From Chrysochromulina tobinii (Eukaryota), in assembly GCA_001275005.1 (NCBI GenBank), contig JWZX01003090.1, forward strand, positions 50,804 through 70,803: a DNA stretch of 20,000 bases, read 5' to 3'. Positions 9,972-17,365 of the stretch are shown piece by piece. The notes below the pieces were generated by a model. That model saw only the letters and a program-made list of their open reading frames with translations, did not search any database and was not told the origin of the DNA. The position numbers were made by a program, and so were the translations under genes. Numbering within the stretch: the first letter of the stretch is position 1; every line of letters starts with the position of its first letter.

Positions 9972-10485
9972 CTACTGTGATGGCGCCGCCGACGTCGCTG
10001 CTGCCGCGCCCTCCAGCTTTTTCACCTTCAGGTGAAGCTGCGACTTCTTGCGCGCCGCTGTGTTCTTGTGTAGAATGCCACGCTTAACGTTCTTGTCAAG
10101 GATAGCAAACGCCTTGGAGAGCAGCGAGCTTGAGCTGGCATAGTCGCCCACCTCGAGGGATTCCTGCACCTGCGAGCGGCAGCGGAGGGAAGTCAGGAGC
10201 GTTAGCTGAAGAGATTCGCGCCAGGCATTCAGTGACGCCAGAAGCCGCGCTGGCCCTTGAAGCAGCGCTCACCCGCTTCACGCGCGTGCGCATCTCGCTT
10301 TTGTGTGCCTTGTTGGCGATGCGGTTGCGCTCGTTGACCTTCATCGGCTTGGTGGGCGCGGCCATTACGATCTGCTGCGTGGCCACCCGGCTCTGCTGGA
10401 GCTGCGAAGCGCTGACAAGCGGTGTCGCGACGAAGCCAGCCGCCACGCTCAGGCACGCGAGCAAGCAGAGTAGGCGGGCCAGCAT
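9972..10485 (-). CDS. rps20: Nuclear-encoded plastid 30S ribosomal protein S20 (bS20c) with bipartite targeting peptide; join(complement 10273..10485, 9972..10169), 136 aa
   Basis: Exon 1 (71 codons) reads MLARLLCLLACLSVAAG-FVATP...ERNRIANKAHKSEMRTRVKR. Exon 2 reads VQESLEVGD...AILDKNVKRGILHKNTAARKKSQL, which carries the bS20 signature D+..K.G++HKN.AAR+KS+L. The exons are joined in phase 0 by a GT-AG intron. Confidence 0.92.
10170..10272 (-). other. Spliceosomal intron (103 nt) in rps20
   Basis: On the minus strand: donor CGG|GTGAGC, branch-point-like GCTAAC (10201-10206), pyrimidine-rich tract and acceptor CGCAG|GTG. Removing it restores a continuous bS20 frame. Confidence 0.9.
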
Positions 10486-10547
10486 TAGGACGGGAGTGAG
10501 ACGTCGAGCCAAGAAAGAGACGCAAGCTCGCTGAGGGAGGTGAAGAA

Positions 10548-10579
10548 GTGAAACCACCACCCTGTCCTGGTGGTTTCAC
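10548..10579. repeat. Perfect 12-bp inverted repeat (GTGAAACCACCA-8 nt-TGGTGGTTTCAC) between the CIA30-like stop and the rps20 start
   Basis: Arms at 10548-10559 and 10568-10579 are exact reverse complements. The stem can be extended by GAGGT (10537-10541)/ACCTC (10580-10584) across a 6-nt bulge. Confidence 0.85.
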
Positions 10580-10653
10580 ACCTCGGATCGACAGCTTTTT
10601 TTCATCGTCATAAAAACTATTTTCAGGCCCAACAAAATTACTTAAGTCACCCG

Positions 10654-11283
10654 TCACTCATCTGCGACGCCCAGCCTGCGCAGCTCGAGTCTAAATGGTC
10701 CCGGGGGAATCGCCATCTTGGCCCCGCCGCCGCCCTCCGCCTCATATCGCGAGAGCATGAGACCCACGCCGCGCACGTCGGCCGCCCGAAGCGGTGGCGC
10801 CTCGGGCATCGGTCGGCCGCGAAACGTTGGACGGAACGCGTCGAGAGGCAGTCGACAATCCTCAACGCGCCCGGGCGTGGTGAGCGGCAGCGCGACTTGA
10901 TACGAGACACCCTGGGGCCCTGCAGCGCTTTGGAGGGTGAGCTTGTAGCCCAGCCGGCCGTCGCTTTTCGCCCGCAAGCTGAGCGCGACCGCGTCGTGCG
11001 GCAAAGAAAGCGGTCGCATGCAGCGCACGCTTGCAAAGCCGCCGCCTTGCACAACAAGATCCCCCTCAAAGAACGTTGAGCCGTCGCGAAAGACGACTTG
11101 CGAGAGGGAAGTTCCGCCCATGACACGATCGTCTCGCGCTTGCCAGTCACTCGCGCTCAGGGGCGATGTGAAGTCAATTAGTGTGCTTGGGACCGTGCAC
11201 TGAGCAGCACTCGCCACGCGGGCTGATTCGATAGCGGCGACCGCGGCCAACAGGCCGCGCACGCGTTGGTAGGAGTAAAACAT
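10654..11283 (-). CDS. CIA30-domain protein (complex I intermediate-associated protein 30 / NDUFAF1 family), ~209 aa
   Basis: Motifs LIDF...W...DDRVMGGTS, F.G.L....GGGFASVR, DGR.GYKL.L, LPLDAFRPTFRGR and GPFRLEL are typical of CIA30. Probable ATG at 11283 (M69 of the track ORF, whose listed start overlaps the divergent gene). TGA at 10654-10656. Confidence 0.85.
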   Translation of the reverse strand: MFYSYQRVRGLLAAVAAIESARVASAAQCTVPSTLIDFTSPLSASDWQARDDRVMGGTSLSQVVFRDGSTFFEGDLVVQGGGFASVRCMRPLSLPHDAVALSLRAKSDGRLGYKLTLQSAAGPQGVSYQVALPLTTPGRVEDCRLPLDAFRPTFRGRPMPEAPPLRAADVRGVGLMLSRYEAEGGGGAKMAIPPGPFRLELRRLGVADE

Positions 11284-11475
11284 CGTCCACCCTTCGTATT
11301 CCAGGCCCTCCACAGTCACGTGGCTACGGACACTAAGGAAGGACCGTGTCCTGCGACAGGACAGGAGGCGTGAAACAGCTGTTATTACTCGGCCCCCTTC
11401 TTGAACATGGTAGGGCCGTCGCTGGAATGTGTGAGGAGGGACGAGGAGGGACAGTTTCTGATTTCGGCTGTGAAA
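11284..11475. promoter_or_regulatory. Probable bidirectional promoter between the head-to-head CIA30-like and FG-GAP genes
   Basis: Only 192 bp separate two divergent start codons, and the gap is locally lower in GC. No specific element was identified. Confidence 0.5.
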
Positions 11476-13617
11476 ATGGGGCCTCATCCTTCTGCCGACG
11501 TCTTTGTGCTGCTGGTCGCGCTGGCCTGCGTGATATTATCATTAACAAACTCTGGGGGCGTGATGCTGCGTCCCTCCTTCATCGCCGCCTCATCGGATGA
11601 CCCCTCAAGCGCCCGTGCTGCTTTCGCGGACGCCCATATTTCCATGTCGCCACCAGTGGTGGCCGATCTTGACGGCGATGGCACACCCGAAGTGGTCATG
11701 GCCACGACTGACGGTCGCCTTTTGCTGCTTTCGGCAGTCGAGGGCGCGGCACGACCCGAAGCTGTTGGCGACGGTGTGCTCGGGCTCGCCTCTTGGCGCC
11801 GCCTACCGGTGGTGCGCTCGGTGAGCCTTCGCACCCATACAGGCTTGGCCGCCGGTCGCCGGTCGATGGCGCTGTGCACGGGCGTGCTGCGCTCTAGCGC
11901 AGACGCGAGTGGCCGGCGACGCCAGATCGTGGTCGCGGTCACCGAGGATAGGACTGTCCTCGCGTTTGACCACGAGCTGCGACCACTGTGGGAACACTCC
12001 ATCGGGCGCACTAGCGCTGGCGCAGCGGCCGCCTCGGCGGGCGAGGTTACTGTTGCCGTGGTGCCGCATCCCATATACACGGGGGATGTAGGGGCTGTGC
12101 TCGTAGCCGGGCACGCGCAGCCGCGCGTGCAGCCGCGCAGCCGCGCCGACGATGAGCCGCCGCAGCACGTTCCTACTGCACCCAGTAGCGCGCCCGTGCC
12201 AGCTGCGGGCACAGCCGAGTGGGTGCACCACTTTGATTACTTGGCGCTTGAGGGCGGCAGCGGCGCGCTGCGCTGGCAGCACACGGCGCGCGACTTCCAC
12301 AACGAGCTGCACGGTGACGAGGCGCTGACGCCCCAGATGGACTATCGGCTCGACTTGGACGCCATCGGCGGCGGTGGCGGCGGCATCGACGGCCGGCATG
12401 ATGGCGAGCGGCCGTGGCGCGTCTTCAGCGACTCGGTGCTCGCACAGCTGCCGCACAGGTGGCGTCATCCGCATGATACGGCGCTCCACCTCGCTAGCTT
12501 CCAGCGCGCGCGCCGGCTTGGACACGAGGCGCGCCGAGAACGAGCGAAGTCGAGTGCTGCGAAGGCGGCCTCGGGGGCGGCGGAGCTCACCTCCTCACGC
12601 ATCGCGCGTGGTGTGAGCAGCAGTGGCAGAGACGGTCTAGATGGCGCCTCCCGCTTCGGCAGCGTTGGCGAGGCCGCCGTCGTCCCCAACGTGGTCATTG
12701 CGCGCCGTCGGCATGGGCTCGAAGTGCTGCACTTGTACACGGGGCGAACCCTCACGCAACTGCCCCTTTACTCGAGTGCGGGCCCCTCAGTGCACGCCGA
12801 CGTGAATGGCGACGGTTCGATTGATCACATCACTGCGCTCGCATCGCGTGCACCAACCTCCTTTTCCTCGACCTACTCCCTCGAGGAGGCCTCACCCCAC
12901 GAGAGGCTGGTGCGCACCGGAGCCCACGCAGCGGGACTCGCCACCTCGGGGCTTCCGGTGCGTGAGGCGCTCTGGAACGTCTCCATCGGACAGGCCGTGA
13001 GGGTACCTAGAGGGCGGCGCCACCAGCAGCCTGCGCACGGCGTGCCCACAATCGGAGTGAGCGCGCCGTTGCTGGTGCCAAGAGCCGGCCCCGAGGGCCG
13101 TTCCTCCATCCTCGACGTCGTCTTCCTGACGTCCGACGGCCGGGTAGCCTCGGTTCATGCAGATGGGCGCGAAAGTTGGACGGTGCGAACGGACGCGTCG
13201 TGGCGCGACGAGCACACGGAACCGGCCGCCGACCTTTCGGGTGGCGCCCAGGGCGGCGCGTGGTCGGGCGCGCAGCTGCTGCCCTCTCTCACACTCCTGC
13301 AGCCCAGTGCCGAGAGCGGCGAAGTCTTCATACTCGCCGTAGGGAGCTCCGCCGCAGTCGTCCTCACAACGGCTGGCAAGGTGCTCGCGAGCGTAAAGCT
13401 GCCGCAGATGACGAACGCTCCGCCGGTGCTGGCTGACTTCACAGGCGACGGCGTCCTCGACATTATCTTGCCGGGCGAGCACGCACACGTGGGGCTTCAG
13501 TTGGACACAGCTGCTGGCTCCGTTGCGCACAAGCTACTCTTCGCATTCGCTGCGATCGCTGTAGCACTTGCGATGCTGCTACGGCACAGCGAGATGCTGG
13601 AAGTGAAGCAGGCTTAA
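11476..13617 (+). CDS. FG-GAP repeat membrane protein, homologue of Arabidopsis NERD1 (At3g51050), ~713 aa
   Basis: N-terminal hydrophobic segment (VFVLLVALACVILSL), Ca-binding DxDGDG loops (PPVVADLDGDGTPEVVMAT, HADVNGDGSIDH, ADFTGDGVLDII) and a C-terminal TM helix. Colinear NERD1-like motifs: GRRSMAL.TG, FDHEL..LWE, LTPQMDYRLD, SVLAQLPHRW, PNVVIA....GLEVLHLYTGRTL, ATSGLPVRE.LWNVSI and DVVFLTSDG. ATG 11476 (AAA-ATG-G) is preferred over the track start at 11401. Confidence 0.85.
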   Translation: MGPHPSADVFVLLVALACVILSLTNSGGVMLRPSFIAASSDDPSSARAAFADAHISMSPPVVADLDGDGTPEVVMATTDGRLLLLSAVEGAARPEAVGDGVLGLASWRRLPVVRSVSLRTHTGLAAGRRSMALCTGVLRSSADASGRRRQIVVAVTEDRTVLAFDHELRPLWEHSIGRTSAGAAAASAGEVTVAVVPHPIYTGDVGAVLVAGHAQPRVQPRSRADDEPPQHVPTAPSSAPVPAAGTAEWVHHFDYLALEGGSGALRWQHTARDFHNELHGDEALTPQMDYRLDLDAIGGGGGGIDGRHDGERPWRVFSDSVLAQLPHRWRHPHDTALHLASFQRARRLGHEARRERAKSSAAKAASGAAELTSSRIARGVSSSGRDGLDGASRFGSVGEAAVVPNVVIARRRHGLEVLHLYTGRTLTQLPLYSSAGPSVHADVNGDGSIDHITALASRAPTSFSSTYSLEEASPHERLVRTGAHAAGLATSGLPVREALWNVSIGQAVRVPRGRRHQQPAHGVPTIGVSAPLLVPRAGPEGRSSILDVVFLTSDGRVASVHADGRESWTVRTDASWRDEHTEPAADLSGGAQGGAWSGAQLLPSLTLLQPSAESGEVFILAVGSSAAVVLTTAGKVLASVKLPQMTNAPPVLADFTGDGVLDIILPGEHAHVGLQLDTAAGSVAHKLLFAFAAIAVALAMLLRHSEMLEVKQA

Positions 13618-14049
13618 CAACCGCTTGTGGTGCCGCATAGTGCCGCACAGGCCACAGCTCGGGCGGGCCCAACATACGCTCGCCTGGGAGCACCTGAGAC
13701 CTGTGCGCGCCTGGGGCAGTGAGGCTGGGGCCGACCCGCGCACGGGCACGCGGCCCACGGACCGGCGCGCGGGGGCGGTGTCCCGAACGAACTCGACATA
13801 TAGTGAAAAATCAAAACCATTTTTCTCGCCTCGCACCTCAGCTGCATAGGAGCATACACTGCGTGTGGCAATCCAGGGCAGCAACACAGAGGGGGAAGGT
13901 TAAGTCTCGAGTGACTCAGTCGCGCGCGCGCATTGCCGCATGGCGGCTCCGCGTGAGCCCTCGAACAACAGAGCGAAGGCACCGCACCAGGCACTGCAAC
14001 GGCCACAGGGCGCCCTCAGGTGAGGCGCATGAAGCTGGCGCGCTGCCGC

Positions 14050-15186
14050 TCAGCGCAGCTTGTTGCCCCCGGACAAGCTGGCCCAGTAGTCCTCACCTTT
14101 GGGCGCTTCCTTCGCTGCCAACCCCAGCCGGCGGAAGCCATCTGGCGGCGGGCCAAAGCTGGAGCCGCTGCCCAGCCCTGCAGAGGCGCCGCCGCCTAGC
14201 GTCTGGCCGCCGCCGCCGAGCGTCTGGCCGGCGCCGCCGCCGAGCGTCTGGCCGGCGCCGCCGCCAAGCGCCTGGCCGCCGCCAAGCGTCTGGCCGCCGC
14301 CGAGCGTCCGCCCGCCGCCTAGCGTCTGGCCGGCGCCGAGGTTGATGCCCACGGAGACGGCGCCGCTGTTGCCATGCAGGAGGGACGAATTGGCATTGGC
14401 CTTGGGCGCCTTGATCGGTTTGCCGTCGAGGCGGAAGCCCGAGCCCGTGAAGGGCTTCGCGTCAGCCATCTCCTCGTCGGAAGAGTTGCCGTCGAGCACA
14501 GGGGCGCCGAGCGCAGGGCCCATGAGCGGGCTCTTGGTAAGCGGCGACGTCGAGAGCGGCGAGGCGGACTGCGGCGACACGCGCGGCGGTTCGACATAGT
14601 CCGCGGGCGCGTCGAAGTCGACCTCCACGTCGGCCTCGATGATGCACACGGCCTCGGGCGCGCCGGGCGCGAAGGGTGCGCCCTCGGGCCGCACCTCGAC
14701 CACGCCGATGTCATACTTCTTCTTGTTGTACAGGATGCGGAAGGTCTCGCCCTTGGTGAGGGCCGAAAAGTGGCGCAGCGATTGCTCGAGCACGGCTTTG
14801 GGGTTGGAGACCTTGATGAAGTCGGTCGTCTGTGGCTGGAGCTTGACGAAGCGCCCCTTCTGGAGCGATGCTGATTTGAGGTGCACAATGTCACCCTCGT
14901 TGAGGTGCATGTTTTCCATCATCCAATATGGGAGGTAGACCATGCCCTCCTGTGCGATGAACTCGAGCACCCCGCAGTGCAGCCGGCGCTGAACGTAGCG
15001 CGGATTGGTGAGCTCGAACATGAGCGGGTACTGCACCTCAAGGTGCGCAAGCTTCTCAAGGCACGATGGCGGCAGGATGATCTTGTCGGAGTACTCAAGC
15101 CTCGTGGGGTCGCGGTGGGTCTCCGCGGCGAGCAGCGACACCGAGTGCACGCGGAAACTATCGGCGAAGCCGCGTCGCGAAAACAT
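14050..15186 (-). CDS. UFD1: Ubiquitin fusion degradation protein 1 (p97/Cdc48 cofactor), ~378 aa
   Basis: UT3 domain: DKIILPPSCLEKL...YPLMFEL...HCGVLEFIAQEGMVYLPYWMMEN...FVKLQP...NPKAVLEQSLRHFSALTKG...IIEADVEVDFDAP. SHP box FTGSGFRLDGK at 14419-14451. ATG at 15186, TGA at 14050-14052. Confidence 0.95.
   Translation of the reverse strand: MFSRRGFADSFRVHSVSLLAAETHRDPTRLEYSDKIILPPSCLEKLAHLEVQYPLMFELTNPRYVQRRLHCGVLEFIAQEGMVYLPYWMMENMHLNEGDIVHLKSASLQKGRFVKLQPQTTDFIKVSNPKAVLEQSLRHFSALTKGETFRILYNKKKYDIGVVEVRPEGAPFAPGAPEAVCIIEADVEVDFDAPADYVEPPRVSPQSASPLSTSPLTKSPLMGPALGAPVLDGNSSDEEMADAKPFTGSGFRLDGKPIKAPKANANSSLLHGNSGAVSVGINLGAGQTLGGGRTLGGGQTLGGGQALGGGAGQTLGGGAGQTLGGGGQTLGGGASAGLGSGSSFGPPPDGFRRLGLAAKEAPKGEDYWASLSGGNKLR
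14191..14331 (-). repeat. Coding minisatellite in UFD1: seven G[QR][TA]LGG units (18-24 bp period)
   Basis: Translation GQTLGG-GRTLGG-GQTLGG-GQALGG-GA-GQTLGG-GA-GQTLGG-G-GQTLGG (47 codons). The plus-strand core gcc(g/t/a)agcgtctggcc recurs. Confidence 0.9.
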
Positions 15187-16382
15187 CGGCGAGGAGAAGA
15201 AGAACACGCAGGAAGACGTCCGCCCTTTCGCTCCACTTTCGCTTCGGCGTGGTCCAGCGGTGACGTGGAAGCGCAATCAGGTTTCCGAACAGTGTATTGT
15301 AAAACTGTTCACCGAGTGTGGCAAATACGCGTTCGACTTTGAATCGCATTTCACGAAACGCACAGAACGGCGCTTTGCTTGCTGACTATAGACAACAAAT
15401 CTACGTCATCGTCGCTGGAGGACTGCTCCTCCGGCTCTTCCGCTCGCGTGTCGGAGCACCCTCCTTTTCATGCCCGAAGAGGCTTCGAAGCGACAGCGCC
15501 TCTGGTGGCGCTGCGACGAAGCAAATCGCCCCGCCGGCGCGCGCCCCAGCCGGCCGCGGGCCCACCGACGCGCGCCATAGCCGGCGCGCGCGCGCGCAGT
15601 CACCATGGCCACCGTGCGGCCACCGTAACTCTTCAATCACAGAGACTGCTGTTGACAGAGATGGAAGATCAGCCTAGGGCTGCTCGGCGCGCCGAGGACG
15701 AGGCGCGCGTGGTTTTCCTTTAGGTATTGCTGCCACGCCGCGCTGCCACGCATGCTCCTCGCACCTTTTCCTATCCTATGGGCCTCCTCACCGTGACCGC
15801 TCGTGCCCGACGTGACTGTGCTGCCTGTCACAGGCCAGATTTCGAGGCTACCATCAGGGCAGGAAGCCATCGCTAGCTTGGCGTGCACGCGTAGCGTGCT
15901 GCACGCTCGGCCGTGCCGATACGCCGTGGCAGCTCGGGCGTGCTGCGGAGTGAGAGCGAGCGGAGGGTCCTCCGCGTGCCCTTACCAGCGCGTTCTGGCT
16001 CAGGCTTCGCAGATTGAATCGACAGTTTTCGCTTCTGAAGGTGCCCATCCACCAGTTTGCAATCAGTGTCATGCATTTCTGTCGCCGAGTGTCGTCAGGT
16101 TCACGACTCGTCTCCAGCTCTACAGCAGTGTGCAGTTGTCCTGGACTCCTGGTGTCGGATCACGGATGCATCTGTATCGGTTGCAGTATTAGAATACAGC
16201 GTCTGAGTCCGCGGTACGGCTGAGTGGGTTCGCATATTTCGTACCGGGCCTCGCCGTACAGTGCGTACCTTGGCGTATGTCTTAACTCTAACTAGTACCG
16301 ATATGTCGTAACTGAACCAGCATATCAGTTCGCACATGGCGCAGACGGCGGCTCGCGCGGACTCTGTTGCGTTTTGGTTCTG

Positions 16383-16442
16383 GGCGGAGGCGGAGGCGGC
16401 GATGGCAGCGGTGGCGGTGGCGGCGGCGACGGTGGCGGCGGT
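16383..16442 (+). repeat. Degenerate (GGC)n microsatellite, poly-Gly in one frame
   Basis: ggc gga ggc gga ggc ggc gat ggc agc ggt ggc ggt ggc ggc ggc gac ggt ggc ggc ggt, followed by TAA at 16443. Confidence 0.8.
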
Positions 16443-16669
16443 TAACAGAGATGCGATCACGATCACGAAACCGCCAGAACAGCGGTGCCGGAGACCGTGT
16501 ACGAATGTGAAGTTAGGTTCTGTAGCATGTTGAAGCGTACGATGAAAAGCCGGGCGAGATGGCGCCCGTTGCGGGATGCTCCACGTGCTGTCGTCACGCC
16601 TGCAAAGCGCACGCGGTGACGGAGAACGGTGATCCGATTGACGGCAACATCAAGGTTTGCAAGCAATGC

Positions 16670-16727
16670 CACGCGCACATGATGGCACCAAGCGCACGCA
16701 CGCGCACATGATGGCAAAAAGCGCACG
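16670..16727. repeat. 29-bp tandem duplication (2 mismatches)
   Basis: cacgcgcacatgatggcaCCaagcgcacg (16670-16698) / cacgcgcacatgatggcaAAaagcgcacg (16699-16727). Confidence 0.92.
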
Positions 16728-17254
16728 GGCCTCGCGCGAACGCAGCCGCGACTAGCGTAAGAGACGAGGAGAGCCGGAACACGGCCTCGCGCCGCGCCGG
16801 AGCGCGGCCCTCAGCACGCCGACAACCGCCATCGCGCGCTGTCGCGGCGAAGCTCGAAACGGCTGGCTACGGCACGCGAGCGGTGGAGACGCATTGGCTG
16901 TGAAAGCGAAAGGTCAGCTCAGAACGACATGCGCAAGCGCGCGCGCGCGGCGCGCACCGAACGGCCACTACCACACGAAACACTGCCACGAAGTAACTTT
17001 GCACCATCCATTCACACCATCACGACATGTCACGATCAGCCATCAGCGTGCCTTCAACACTCCAAGCCGCCGACGCCCAAACCATCCTCAACGCCGCCAG
17101 CGCGCGCATGCTCCGCGTCTCATATGGGGTCATGTAAGGTGTGTGTATTCTGAGCGGGCAGTAACAGTGCTGCAGCACCGGTTGTCGCGTCTGTCGTGTT
17201 AACGTTTACACACAACACATCACCCCTGCACTTCACAACGGGCTTCACAACACA

Positions 17255-17320
17255 TCACCACGCGAGTCGAACCTGCGCGAGGTACGCCTACCCACAGCCT
17301 TAAGCCGAGGCCGCCCTCCT
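17255..17320 (-). other. Degenerate tRNA-like fragment (Leu/Ser class II-like), not a functional tRNA
   Basis: On the minus strand: CTCGG-CTTAAGG-CTGTG (weak anticodon-like arm, TAA), GGTA-GGCG-TACC (variable-arm-like hairpin), then GCAGGTTCGACTC (B-box/T-loop). There is no convincing A-box or acceptor stem, and the T-stem does not pair. Confidence 0.25.
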
Positions 17321-17365
17321 CACGCACAACACGACCCCCAATTCGTCGCCCAGCTGTGTCCGTCG

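Larger units (their letters stand above)
16383..16903 (+). pseudogene. Probable decayed gene or transposon remnant with a Cys/His zinc-finger-like segment
   Basis: The frame starting at 16526 reads HVEAYDEKPGEMAPVAG-CSTCCRHACKAH-AVTENGDPIDGNIKV-CKQCH (C-x2-C-x4-C-x2-H-x15-C-x2-C). VYECEVRFC lies just upstream in a different frame. Stops occur at 16443, 16709 and 16901, and there is a frameshifting 29-bp duplication. Confidence 0.4.

Noticed and set aside
8905..9980. Two overlapping ~310-aa plus-strand ORFs between RAB21 and rps20
   Set aside because: Non-ATG starts, no coding-type codon bias and low-complexity translations. They are explained by stop-codon scarcity in GC-rich DNA.
10548..10603. 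Bacterial rho-independent terminator or operon (CIA30-rps20)
   Set aside because: The context is eukaryotic (spliceosomal intron, targeting leader), and the T-run is on the strand opposite the genes and not adjacent to the stem.
14191..14331. Possible CRISPR-like array
   Set aside because: No unique spacers and no cas genes. The repeat lies in frame within eukaryotic UFD1.
8156..15276. Track start positions 8156, 10560, 11401, 11487 and 15276
   Set aside because: These are non-ATG or overlapping upstream extensions. Downstream ATGs at 8231, 10485, 11476, 11283 and 15186 fit the family N-termini better.
15600..16192. Possible spliced gene with an intron-like segment (~15724-15833, GTATTG...TCACAG) and ORF 15803..16192
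   Set aside because: No splice combination gave an ATG-initiated, protein-like frame. A lncRNA or UTR cannot be excluded.
15530..16955. (CG)n runs as Z-DNA elements (e.g. ~15585-15597, ~16937-16949)
   Set aside because: Short and unsurprising at this GC and CpG content, with no further support.
17255..17320. Functional tRNA-Leu(TAA) gene
   Set aside because: The T-stem and acceptor stem do not pair and there is no A-box. Kept only as a low-confidence remnant.
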